This document shows, piece after piece, positions 26,387 to 38,795 of a stretch of DNA of 64,000 nucleotides. This stretch comes from Eledone cirrhosa (lineage: Eukaryota). The notes below the pieces were generated by a model. That model searched no databases. It saw nothing but the letters and a program-made list of their open reading frames with translations, and was not told the origin of the DNA. The stretch covers positions 117,180,001 to 117,244,000 of the forward strand of contig OZ024745.1 of NCBI GenBank assembly GCA_964016885.1. Direction: 5' to 3'. The translations under genes and the position numbers were made by a program. Position 1 is the stretch's first letter; each line of letters starts with the position of its first letter.

Positions 26387-26494
26387 TGTATTGAAGGGAT
26401 TTCTGGTGTTTCCAAATTAGCTTCCACAGACGCCAAAAACTGGGGATATTTTAAACGATGGAGTCTTGAATTGTAAAGAATTCTAGCTTGGCCC
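26387..26494 (-). CDS. CNBD2-like gene exon 5 (3' boundary assumes a GC donor)
   Basis: ctatcttag|G GGC CAA GCT AGA in phase 2 completes MYFVLT-GQARIL, a CNB beta-strand. Open for 35 codons to CA|GCAAGT. Confidence 0.75.
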
Positions 26495-26782
26495 CTAAGA
26501 TAGAATGATAAATATCCATTTATAAATAATAATTAGATCAATATGTGGGTGTGTGTGTGAGAGTATATGAGTGTGTGTATATGTGTGAGTATATATGTGT
26601 GTGTGCATAAGTGTGTATTTCCTTTACTATCTAATACAACCAGATCTGCTCTTCTTTACCACCTTCTCCTTCCCCTGTTTTTTCATTTCTTAATTTGTTT
26701 TATGTTTTTTTTTATAGAGCTGATTTAATCTGTGAAGTGACCCCATCTTAAGTGGAGCAAGGGAGGTTTTAATATTTACAGT

Positions 26783-27000
26783 AATAATGGTTTCTTATAT
26801 AGGCACAAGGCCAGCAATTTGGGGGGAGGGGAAAGTCGATTAAATCGACCCCAGTGTATTACTGGTACTTTAGTTATCGACCTCGTAAGGATGAAAGGCA
26901 AAGTTAACGTCGGCAGGATTTGAACACAGACCGTAAAGGGCCATAATTCTATGCTGCAGAGCATGGTGTCTGATGCTCTACTGATACTGCTGATCCACCA
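26783..27000 (-). mobile_element. SINE family A
   Basis: Same core as the other copies. Confidence 0.85.
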
Positions 27001-28589
27001 ATTGGTAGTATTAATAATGATATAATAATAATCTATATATTAATTTCAACAATGTCAGTATTCCGTGTGTCATAATTCTCGATTATCATAGGTTTCAAAC
27101 GACTCCGCCCACCAAACTTAAATTAATATGCATAATGCCAATGGGAGAGTAAGAAACAGAGAGGCAAAGTGAATGCTGTAACTATTACCATGTGTGCGTG
27201 TGTATGTTTATGTGTGTGTGCATGCAGCGTTCCACAGAAAGTAAAAGCAATTCGACTTTATCAAACAGTGAACTACAGCGGCGACGGCGTGCAACCAGGA
27301 ATGAAGAAAAAGAAAAGGTGTGTCTATGAAAGACCAGCAGTCACCCATGCATACCAGTTTCCCCTCTCCATACCACCAATGTTATCCAAGGGAAAGGCAA
27401 TGACTGATACAGCTTGGCACCAGTGACGTCTCAACTCATTTCTACAGCTGAGTGAACAGGAGCAATGTAAAATAAAGTGTTTTGCTCAAGAACACAAGAA
27501 CACAACACACCGCCCAGCCCAGGATTCGAACTCACAACCTTATGATTGTGAGCTCAACACTCCAGCCACTAAGCCACACACCTTCACAGCACCTTACCAA
27601 GCCCTGCCAAACTTTACAACTGAGCCAAGAGTAAAAGACTTTCTTGCCACCTCTGCTCTGGGAGAGGATCTTTAGAACATCTCAGAAACTTCCCAAAGGC
27701 TTTTGGAGAAAGTTGCTATTGTTGATGCCAGGACCAGATTCTTAAGGCAAGTTGCTGGAAGTATATTCACTGTCATCAGAACCAGCAAAACATTACCACA
27801 CCCCAAAGAAATTAGTTGTTTTTGTCAAAGCCAAAGAGAAACCCTGTCTACAAAACAAGGACATGGACAGGTTTCCTTTACACAGCCTCTCAATGGCAGC
27901 TACATGTCAATCTTTAGAACCCAACATCATTGAGTGAACTGCTGGTGTATAGTCTTCAGTATATTAGAATGATGACAGCAAAGGTTAGCCCCACCTATTG
28001 TCGTTGTAGAATTAGAACCCTGAACCAAGACAAAACTAAACTTGTTTTCTTTTTTTTTTATTTGTTCTGAATCAACAAGATCCCAAATGTTATCCACTTA
28101 CCAAGTGGAACTTGTCAGATCGGACCAAGGAAACAATTTTTCCATTGCTCTTTACAATTGCTGATACTATCTACCAGTCACAACATCTGGCAGAAGGAAC
28201 AACAGGAAATAAAGCATCATGCTCAAGGACACAATTCATCACCCAGCCTGGGAATCGAACTCACAACATCACAATTGTAAATTCAACTCTCTAACCACTA
28301 AGCCAGGAACCTAAATATTGAAAATCCATCACTCTAAAGTCTGAAACATCTCTGCTACTCCTCTACCTTCTTTTCTCTCTTTCTCTCATCCTGTAACGAG
28401 GGAGTAGTAGGGGTGCCATATTGACATATGACAATTCTAAGGCATGTTTTAAACTTGGTGAAGCCATCACATCTCCAGATCTACAACAGATTTCTTCCAG
28501 ACTACGATAGAGAGTTAAAGTGAAGAAGAGATACAGAAGAAGAATCTACCCAGTACTTTACGTGTACTTTTTTTTATTGACATTGATGA

Positions 28590-28880
28590 GTTGAGAGAGA
28601 AACTGTGTCTGAGAGGGATAGGCTGTAGTGTGCAGGGAAGAAGACTACACATGGAGGATGACCGCTGGGTAAAGAAGTTCCAAGAAATCCCAGTAGAAGG
28701 AAGATGCAGTAGAGGAAGACCACAAAAATCATGGGCGGAGGTGGTGAGAGCTGACCTCAGATTGCTGAAGCACACGGAGGAGATAACGAAGGACCATGAC
28801 AAATGGAGAGATGCTGTGTTGAATAGGACCTGTCCCACCCTTGCAAGCAGGGAAAAGCAGACGTAATGATGCTGATGATT
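28590..28880 (+). mobile_element. RTE family 2, 3' fragment (another at about 34410-34715 on -)
   Basis: Nearly the same as 48870-49182 (...GRPQKSWAEVVRADL...KWRDAVLNRTCPTLASREKQT*). Confidence 0.9.
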
Positions 28881-29037
28881 GAATGGATGAAAGCCAAAGG
28901 TTTACCTCTATCTAATATGTAATAATTGTTTCTATATTTGGCACAAGGCCAGTAATTTAAAGGGAAGGGAAAAGTCGATTAAATAAACCCCAGTGCATAA
29001 CTGGTGCTTTATTTTATCAACCCCGTACCTTACATGT

Positions 29038-29231
29038 AATAATTGTTTCTACTTTTGGCACAAGGCCAGCAATTATCCCAGTACATTACTGGTGCTTTAT
29101 TTTATCGACCCCGTAAGGATGAAAGGCAAAGTTAACCTCGGTGGGATTTGAACTCAGACCATAAAGGGGCGTAACTCTATGCTGCAAAGCATAGTGTCCG
29201 ACTGTCTACCGATACTGCCAATTCACCGCCC
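29038..29231 (-). mobile_element. SINE family A with a 16-bp target-site duplication
   Basis: CCTTACATGTAATAAT at 29028-29043 and 29230-29245 flanks the SINE. Confidence 0.9.
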
Positions 29232-29273
29232 TTACATGTAATAATAAAAATAAAAATAATAAAAGCAACATAC

Positions 29274-29583
29274 GTCAGTACAAAGTACATACAAGTGACA
29301 GGTTCTCCTTGTCGAATGAGTATTTCATCATAACTCAGCACAATTTTGTAAACTGCCATTGCTAGCTGATGTCTGTATTTATGTGACCAACCCCTAAACA
29401 ATGGATTGGCACAGATGAATGCAATCTTTTGTTGAAATTCCCATGTCAACACATCCTTCACCGACCTTTCATATAAACTTTTCTCAACTACCATTAAATC
29501 TGTTAATTCATCTGCAATGACTGTAGCTGTCCGAATGGAATCTGTTGATAATAAAGCTACTTCTCCAAATGGATCACCAGGAA
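29274..29583 (-). CDS. CNBD2-like gene exon 4 (phosphate-binding cassette of CNB-A and start of CNB-B)
   Basis: cattttag|TT CCT GGT ... CTG AC|gtatg. Reads VPGDPFGEVALLSTDSIRTATVIADELTDLMVVEKSLYERSV...YDEILIRQGEPVTCMYFVL. Confidence 0.95.
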
Positions 29584-29834
29584 CTAAAATGAGAAAAATC
29601 ATTATCATCATCATCATCATCACTGTATACATATATATATATAAATATATACATATATATATATATTCAATGATATTAAATAAATGGAAACTATATTTAT
29701 AAAACAATAAATATAGTTTCCATTTATTTAATATCATTATATACTATACTCCAGAAATATCTGTTGAGTGCTTTGAATCAGTTATAAACATTTATATTTG
29801 TTGAATTACCAACAAATTAAATATCTCTTTTGCT

Positions 29835-29909
<75 letters not shown>

Positions 29910-30176
29910 CTCTGTATAATCAGCTCCTAATTATTACTGGAATTCTATAATAATCCAGCTTCTATAACTTTCGGTAGAAGCAGGGGAGTGCTTGGCTCTG
30001 ATGAACGCCAACCAGCTTCTCTCCCTTCTTTCACCGAAAAGAAGTAAGTGACATAGTCACTACTTTAAAACTGATAGCGTATGGTCTTCGAAATGTTTTT
30101 AATTATATACTATACATACATTCATGTATACATCGCTATTTCAGAGCACCAATCCTAATATATATATATATATATA

Positions 30177-32926
30177 TATGCACCCCAATCCGGATTACCA
30201 GACATTACTAAAGACAGATTCTATGAGTCTCTAATGTTCACTGTACCCAGATACCCAACAGTGACTATATAATTATTGCTGGCGACCTTAATGGTCATGT
30301 TGGACAACATTATGATGGCTATGATGGTGTCCATGGAGGTTATGGATTTTGTACGAGAAATGAGGAAGGCTTCAGGATCCTGGAATTCTGTGATGCAAAT
30401 GACCTGACTGTCTGCAACACAAACTTCAAAAAACGTGACAGTCATTTGATCACATATAGATCAGGGGAGCACACCAGCCAGATGAACTTTATCCTTACTA
30501 TGAAACGAGACAAAGTATCTGTCTTGAAAACTAAGTCCCTCCCTAGCGAAGAATGCTTCTTCCAACATAATTTAATAGTTAGTGACCTCATAGTTAGGGT
30601 CAGCAGAGGAATACCTTAAGGAGAAGATTATGGAAGTTGAAGAACCCCGCAGCCAGTTATAAATTCAAAGGTATATTACTTGATGTTTTCGATAGTAAGG
30701 AAGAACAATTAGAGACATACAATATAGAGAAACAGTGGGAATTCCTGAAAGTTAATCTGTTGAAGGCAACTGATGAAATCTGTGGCTGGAGCAGACCGTT
30801 AGAAAGGAGGAGAGTGACATGGTGGTGGAACAGTAAGGTGGAGGAGTCCATCAAGAGCAAAAAGCAGGCATGGAAAGAATGGTAGGATGGGGGTAGTAGA
30901 GAATTCTATCAGGTAGCTAGGAGAGAAGCTAGACAACAAGTATACCTTGCAAAAAGGGAAGCAGAGGATAGTACGTTCAAGCATATTCTACAACGGGAGG
31001 ATCAAAAACGTGAGGTGTTCAGGATTGCAAGACAATGTGTCAAGGAAAACTGTGATATTGTCAGGGAGATGTGTGTCTGTAATGACAATGGTGTACTTGT
31101 CCTCACTGACAGTGATAAGAAGGTAGCTTGGAAGTGTCACTACGAGAGACTACTGAATGTGGAGAATGAATGGAATAAAGATAGCCTGCCCCACATCAAT
31201 CCAATAGAAGGACCAGCTGTGCAAGTTAATGGTGTGCAAGTTAATGGTGACCAGCTGTGCAAGTAAGGCAACCAAAAATATGAAGACAGGCAAGGCAGCT
31301 GGGCCTTCAGGGATAGTTGCTGAAATGTTGAAGGTATCTGGAATGGTAGTACATACTATGGTCACCCAGATAGTAAACCAAGTAATACAGAATGGGATCA
31401 TACCAAATGACAGGTGTAGCAGCAGCATCATCAACTGTTACAAGGGCAAAGGAGACGTCCTAGATAGAGGAAACTATAGGGGTATTAAATTAGTTGACCA
31501 AGTCATGAAAGTCACAGAAAGAGTTATTACTCAACTGGTTAGAGACCAAATCGATCTAGATGAAATGCAGTTTGGGTTTGTGCCAGGTAAAAGTACCACG
31601 GATGCTCTTTTCCTTGTACTGCAATTACAGGAGAAGAACGTAGCTAACTGTAAACCCCTCTACTTAGCTTTCGTTGACCTGGAGAAGGCCTTTGACAGAG
31701 TCCCACAGACCTTAATCTGATGGCCTCTTAGAAAACTAGGAGTGGAAGAATTATTTGTGAGAGCTATACAAGCCATGTAGTGTAATAGTAGAGGTTCACC
31801 AGGGCTCCATTCTAATCCCCCTCCTATTTATTATTGTCCTACAGGCTATAACAGAGGGGTTTAAGACTGGCTGCCCATGGGAACTTCTTTATGCAGATGA
31901 TCTAACTCTCATAGCTGAATCCATGGCTGAACTAGAGAGGAAGTTCCAAATATGGAAGCATGGCCTTGAATCAAAAGGTGTTAGAGTCAACTTGTCTAAG
32001 ACTAAGGTTCTAGTATGTAGAAAGGAGAATAGGGCACAAATACCCTCTAGGAAATGGCCATGCTCAGTGTGTAAGAAAGGAGTAGGCAGATTATATATGT
32101 GGCCAATGCTCATGTGCAGTAAGTATTAAGAACCCACTGGATGCTATCTCCTTCAACTGCCCAGATAGTTCTATAGAAATAGTAGACACCTTCTGTTACC
32201 TGGGTGACAAAATCAGCAGTGGAGGAGGGTGCTCTGAAAGTGTAGTATCCAGAGTTAGAGCAGGATAGAAAAAGTTCAGAGAGCTAATACCGCTGTTGGC
32301 CACAAGGGGTTTTTCTCTAAAAATGAAAGGCAGATTATATGATGCATGTATACGAATGGCGATATTACATGGTAGTGAGACTTGGGCATTGCATGCTGAA
32401 GACCTGTGTAGATTAGAAAGAAATGAAGCTTGCATGCTCCAATGGATGTGCGCCAAAGGCAAAGCATAAATGAATTAAGAGAGAGACTAAGCATAATAGG
32501 TATCAAATGTGTGTTCTCGAGAGGTGATTGCGTTGGTATGGACATGTGATGCGTATGAAGAATGACAGCTGTATAAAAAAGTGCAGGGCAATGAAAATTG
32601 ATGGCAGCTACAGAGTGGGTAGATCAAGAAAAATCTAGGGCGAGGTGATAAAAACTGACCTTGCTCACCTACACCTCTCTAAGACAATGACACTGGATCG
32701 AGACCTTTGGCGCCATTCCATACAAACCTACAGTCAGTAGGCACCTCTTAACTCAATGTACACCCCACCGCCACACCTTACTCCATCCCCCCTCTCCCGT
32801 TCCATCCACTGTGTCGATGGCACAACAGTCCACACTGTAAATGTGGTCGGTGTTATGAAGGGCATCCAGCTGTAAAAAAAACCTGCCAGAGACGCTTCTG
32901 TGCGAGCGAGACATGGTCTCCCAACC

Positions 32927-32983
<57 letters not shown>

Positions 32984-33073
32984 TCATCATCATCATCATA
33001 GTTTAATGTCCATTTTTCACGCTAGCATGGGTTAGACGGTTTTGTTCCCTTTGATGCAGGAATGGTTGGGAGA

Positions 33074-33077
<4 letters not shown>
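30177..33077 (+). mobile_element. Decayed 5'-truncated RTE family 1 LINE (APE endonuclease part, RT, long 3' UTR with inverted tail)
   Basis: YAPQSG, GDLNGHVG, GKAAGPSG, QFGFVPGKSTTDA, AFVDLEKAFDRVP, ELLYADDL, GSETW. Many stops and frameshifts. Confidence 0.95.
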
Positions 33078-33111
<34 letters not shown>

Positions 33112-33821
33112 AGGCATATGGCTTAGTGGTTAGAGCATTGGCGACCGGGTGATGTGTTGTTTCCTTGAGCAAGACACTTTATTTCACATTGCTCCAGTTT
33201 ACTCAGCTGTAGAAATGAGATGCTAGGGACTGCGGTCCCTATCATTCCACTGCAAAGTGGTCGTGGAGGTGCCACGGCAAAAAAGCACCCAACACTCACT
33301 GTAAATGAGGTTGGTGTTAATAGAATTATTAAATTGTTATTAGAATTCATATAGTAATTGGAAGAACTCAATGAAAGGAAGCTGTTAAAACACCAAAATG
33401 CCGTCAATGTCAGCGTTGGGCAAAATTTACCTCAAAGGATAGAAATCAGTGGCTAGAAGTGTGTTAGCTCATAGAAGTGATAGGAAGATATGAGAAAAGG
33501 ATAAAATAGATCAGAGGGGTTCTCACAAACATTAAATTTTCTCATCAGCTTTTAGACTGCCTGCGGTTTTGACGATTTAATTAAAAGGACCACGTAAGAT
33601 AGATGGCTAGTAACAATGGAGAAATAAATATCTTCATTTCTGCCACAAACATTATACCAACAGAGATATTTATTTGTGGGCTGAAATGTATATTTGAGTA
33701 ATTTTACTTTTTTCTTGCTGCATTACTAGCTTTCAACAATCCTATATACTTGCTCTTCAAATGAATACATATTCATAATGTTATAATCTTATGCAAACTC
33801 AGACATATTTTTATAACTTAC

Positions 33822-33967
33822 CAAGATTACAGACAAAATTTCCCAGTTTACTTCTGTCAAGCTCTTGTTTGTCATTTTTCAGATCAACTTCTGATAATGG
33901 GGTGATTTGTTCATCTTCTTTACTCAAGTTGTAGATAGTCACTTTTCCACGAAGAATAATATAGAAG
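33822..33967 (-). CDS. CNBD2-like gene exon 3
   Basis: aatatag|C TTC TAT ... CTT G|gtaag. Reads (C)FYIILRGKVTIYNLSKEDEQITPLSEVDLKNDKQELDRSKLGNFVCNL. Phases 2/1 fit both neighbours. Confidence 0.93.
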
Positions 33968-34876
33968 CTATATTAATAGAATAATAATTAAATACAATTG
34001 TTGTGATCATAACTAGAAAGTAAACAAGGTAACTAAGGTAGCAATGAAAATATTGTTATTAGAATTAATTAACAGATCTTATAATAAACCTTATTACACA
34101 GGTATTTCCCTTGGGTTTCATTTATGTTACAGATGAAGAAATGGACACACACACACACACACATGCACACACACACACACACACACATACACACATACAC
34201 ACACATACACACACACATACACACATATACACACATACACACACACACACACAGAAAATATATTATTTAATAATATTACTCAATATTTTCATTTTAGAAA
34301 TCATCATCATTATCATCATTTAACATCCATTTTCCCTGCAATGGTTGGGCTCACATATAATCTGTAATCTATATTTATATAAATACATCATCATAATCAT
34401 CATCATCATTATCGGTTTTGCATGTTTTTCCATGTTTGCAAGGGTTAGACAGGTCCTTCTTAGTACGCCATCTCTCCACTTGTTGCATTCCTTCATCATC
34501 TCCTCTGTAAGTCTCAGTGATTTGAGATCAACTCTCACAACCTCTGCCCAGGTCTTTCTTGGTCCATCACTACTACTTCTTCCTTCCACTGGGATTTCCT
34601 GGCACTTCTTCACCATGCACATCACATGCCCAAACCAATCTTTTCTCCTGCACTCCACCTCGGATTCCTTTTAAACCCAGCTCCTCCCGTATCTCGTCCA
34701 AGGTATTGTCCTTCCTCTCAAATTAAAATTAAATAGTTTTCTACTTGTGAATGGAAACACATATCAGAACTATTTGTATCCCTATTTTTAGAAAGTATCA
34801 ACATGAAAAGATAACTAAGATGTTTTATTAATATCTCAAAATACTTTCAAATAAAGTCTCATTATCCACTACTTAA

Positions 34877-35097
34877 TCCTTTAGCATTTAAACCGGCCAT
34901 ATCCGGTCAGAATTCTCACACCGCTTTCTGTTCAAACTGGCTGTAACTGGCTGCTCATACTGATGTTAAGGTTTTGTTGTCAAAATAAATAATATCAAAA
35001 TTTCATAGATTCAATTTTATGTGAGATAATTATGTTAAATAAAGTGTTTACCATGAAAATACAATAGTATGTATAGAATAATGTAAATACTAAAGGG
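34877..35097. mobile_element. piggyBac-type MITE
   Basis: TTAA at 34873 and 35098 with the family TIRs. Confidence 0.88.
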
Positions 35098-35589
35098 TTA
35101 AATATCACATCTATTTTTGTTGTTAGAATTATTTCATTTCATTTTAAATAATTGAAATAATACCAGTTCGGTATTTGAACCAACCCTTACCTATGGTCAA
35201 GTAATGACTGAAAGAATGCAATCGCAAATACAAGCAGCTGAAATGGGTTCCTCCAATGGAGCTTTGGAGTAACATTACTCGATAGAGTGCATAGCTCGGA
35301 GATCAGAGAATCACTTCAAGCAGAGTCGCTACTTCTCCAAAAGCACCCAGTAAAGTGGTCATGTAGCTGACACAACAAAAAGTATCAAGTACACACTCTA
35401 AATGTGGTTGGCATTAGAAAAAGCATTGATCTGTAGAAATCAAGCCATAATCAGTTCTGTATGAGCAAGACATAGTCAGTTGACCTTGCTTATCTAACCC
35501 ATGCTAGTGTGGAAAAATGGATGTTAAAGGATGATGAAGATGATGATATACGATGATGATGATGATGATATATGATGATAAGGATGATG

Positions 35590-35621
<32 letters not shown>

Positions 35622-35654
35622 ATCTATATATATATATATATATTATTTACTTAC

Positions 35655-35742
35655 CATTGCCCTTGGTCTCCTTGTAAAATTATTATTTCATCAACCTTTT
35701 TAGATACAAAATCACAGTTTTGAAGAATGTCTTGTAATACTT
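35655..35742 (-). CDS. CNBD2-like gene exon 2
   Basis: gttttcag|AA GTA TTA ... CAA TG|gtaagt. Reads (E)VLQDILQNCDFVSKKVDEIIILQGDQGQ, the CNB 'II.QGD.G' motif. Confidence 0.93.
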
Positions 35743-35787
35743 CTGAAAACAAATATCATTTTTCATTATTTTATATTTTAGATAAAA

Positions 35788-35981
35788 CTAGCAGAATGGC
35801 CCGGTGTTGCTTGGGATTCTAAAAATAGATTGGCATGTTTATCCCTCCTTTCTGAAACAGTACAGAGAAGTATGGAATACCTCGGCCTCGGGATGGTGTC
35901 TACATTTTGTGCTTTCATGAAATAAATACGTTTGTTTATATTTTGTTTTTGTGTATACAAAAATATCTGTACATGAATATA

Positions 35982-36025
<44 letters not shown>

Positions 36026-36586
36026 TAACAGATTAAAGTTTAAGCAAATAATTGCTGCTTTCACCCTTAACTGGATCTTCTGAAACTAAAAAAAAATCAA
36101 TCTGTGAACGCAGAAGTAAATATTTCGAAAAGTGTTGCAAACAAAGGAAAACAGGAAGACGATACTTTGGTTCATGAAGACGTTCCCTGGCAATGAACGG
36201 AAAATAGCAAAGATAATACGTCAGCAATGAGAACAATATATATATATACACACACTATATATACATATATACACACACACACAGATAGCAAAGTCAATGT
36301 TTTCATAATGTTGTAATGCAGACAGCCAGACACACAGACAGATATTATAAGGGTGCAATGTTATAGCTATGTATCTATCTAAAAAGACAGACTAAGAAAG
36401 AGAGAGAGATCGCTAACCGGTGCCTAATGCAGTCCCTAGGGCATTGAAAATTTGAAATATTTTTTGCTCAAAACACTCACACGACCATAAGTATTACATG
36501 TGTAAAGTTTGAAAAAGAATCGGTTGGGTGGTTCTCAAGTTTTAGAGGGACAGACAGACAGACATTCTCTGTTTTAGATATATAGA
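35788..36586 (-). mobile_element. Non-autonomous Helitron
   Basis: On the - strand it starts A|TCTATATATC with (GTCT)n and ends with hairpin CCCAAGCAACACCGGG then CTAG|T. That gives TC...CTAG termini inserted in an AT dinucleotide with no TSD. Confidence 0.75.
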
Positions 36587-36659
36587 TGACAGAATATATT
36601 TAAGAAGTGAAAAACTGTGACAATTAAGTCAGCTTTGAATTTTATATTTATTTTCTTTA

Positions 36660-36787
36660 GCAGGGAGGTGGGTAGTAGCATGATTGAGTTGGCAGGGAGG
36701 GGGGTAATAGCATGATTGAGTTGGCAGGGGGGGGGGGGGTAATAGCATGATTGAGTTGGCAGGGAGGGGGGTAATAGCATGATTGAA
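36660..36787. repeat. G-rich ~32-bp minisatellite, 4 copies
   Basis: Unit GCAGGGAGGGGGGTAATAGCATGATTGAGTTG. Confidence 0.9.
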
Positions 36788-36844
36788 ACCTTCTATGAAA
36801 TATGTCTATAAGAACATAACAATATTTACAATAGCTGTTATATC

Positions 36845-37314
36845 AAGGCCAGCAATTACCCAGTGCGTTACTGGTACTTTATTTTATCGACCCCGTAAGG
36901 ATGAAAGGCAAAGTTAACCTCGGCGGGATTTGAACTCAAAATGGTAAGGGCCGTAACTCTATGCGTCAAAGCATGGCGTCCGACCCTTTACCAATACTGC
37001 CAATCCACCGCCCTTTTATTATTACTGTAAATAATATCATGTTTATACAGTTTTTATCATACTAAACTATATGTTAAACAAAAAAAAAAGATATTATTGA
37101 TTTCTAATTCAGGCACAAGGCCAGAAATTTTTGGGGAAGAACAAAATTGATTAAATCAACCCCATTAATTCACTGGTACTTTATTTATCAACCCCAGAAG
37201 GATGAAAAGCAAAGTTGACCTCATCAGGATTTGAACTCAGAATGTAAAGAGCCAGTACCAATACTGTAATGCCATTTTATCCAATACTCAACTGGTTCTG
37301 CCAATCCACTGCCC
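36845..37314 (-). mobile_element. Two SINE A copies (about 36845-37012 and 37098-37314)
   Basis: Family core and B-box on the - strand. Confidence 0.85.
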
Positions 37315-37436
37315 TTAAGAATTCACTGTAATGAATTCATAATTATTGATTATAAGTCATTGTAATTAACAGTATCGATTCATCTTAAAGTTTTCTCTAA
37401 GTAAAGACTCTAATCTAAACTATTTTAGATTATATA

Positions 37437-38050
37437 TTTACTGTATTGATTAGTTTACTCTATTGATTAGTTTACTGTATTGATTAGTTTACTCTATTGA
37501 TTAGTTTACTGTATTGATTAGTTTACTGTATTGATTTGTTTACTGTATTGATTAGTTTACTCTATTAATTAGTTTACTCTATTGATTAGTTTACTGTATT
37601 GATTAGTTTACTCTATTGATTAGTTTACTCTATTGATTAGTTTACTGTATTGATTAGTTTACTGTATTGATTAGTTTACTCTATTGATTAGTTTACTCTA
37701 TTGATTAGTTTACTGTATTGATTAGTTTACTGTATTGATTTGTTTACTGTATTCATTAGTTTACTCTATTGATTAGTTTACTGTATTGATTAGTTTACTC
37801 TATTGATTAGTTTACTCTATTGATTAGTTTACTGTATTGATTAGTTTACTGTATTGATTAGTTTACTCTATTGATTAGTTTACTCTATTGATTAGTTTAC
37901 TGTATTGATTAGTTTACTGTATTGATTAGTTTACTCTATTGATTAGTTTACTCTATTGATTAGTTTACTGTATTGATTAGTTTACTGTATTGATTAGTTT
38001 ACTCTATTGAATTAGTTTACTCTATTGATTAGTTTACTGTATTGATTAGT
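37437..38050. repeat. 17-bp minisatellite, ~36 copies
   Basis: Unit TTTACT(G/C)TATTGATTAG. Confidence 0.98.
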
Positions 38051-38156
38051 TTGATGAATTTGATCTCCGATCATCTTCACATGGGATGTGAAATCTAGGC
38101 AATAGTCAAACTAGAAATCTTAATCTATAAACTAAAAATAATAATGTTCTTATCAA

Positions 38157-38605
38157 TTAGGCTACTAATGTAGACTAGAGACTATTAGGTTACTAATGTA
38201 AACTAGAGACTATTAGGTTACTAATGTAGACTAGAGACCATTAGGTTACTAATGTAGACTGTAGAGCATTAGGTTACTAATGTAGACTAGAGACTATTAG
38301 GTTACTAATGTTGAATACAGACCATTAGGGTTACTAATGTAGACTAGAGACCATTAGGTTACTAATGTAGACTAGAGACTATTAGGTTACTAATGAAGAC
38401 TAGAGACTATTAGGCTACTAATGTAGACTAGAGACCATTAGGCTACTAATGTTGACTGTAGAGCATTAGGTTACTAATGTGGACTAGAGACTATTAGGTT
38501 ACCAATGTAGACTAGAGACTATTAGGTTACTAATGAAGACTAGAGACCATTAGGTTACTAATGTTGACTGTAGAGCATTAGGTTACCAATTTTGACTGGA
38601 GACCA
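38157..38605. repeat. 28-bp minisatellite, ~16 copies
   Basis: Unit TTAGGTTACTAATGTAGACTAGAGACTA. Confidence 0.97.
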
Positions 38606-38795
38606 ATGAAAATATAAGATTTCTGATTTAGGCAGAAGGCCAGGAGAGGAGATGGGCTCTGCCAGGTTTTAAAAGATGCCCTTGATACACTGTATGTCAA
38701 TATGGCACGTCTATGACTCCCTCGGGAGTTATGGGTCTATACATATCTTTTTGAGAGACCAAAAAGATTGTTTTCAAATGGAAACTTTCACTTAC

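Noticed and set aside
29990-30100. Hammerhead cores (CTGATGA at ~29998, CTGATAG...CGAAAT at ~30071)
   Set aside because: No convincing stem II, and the core is mutated.
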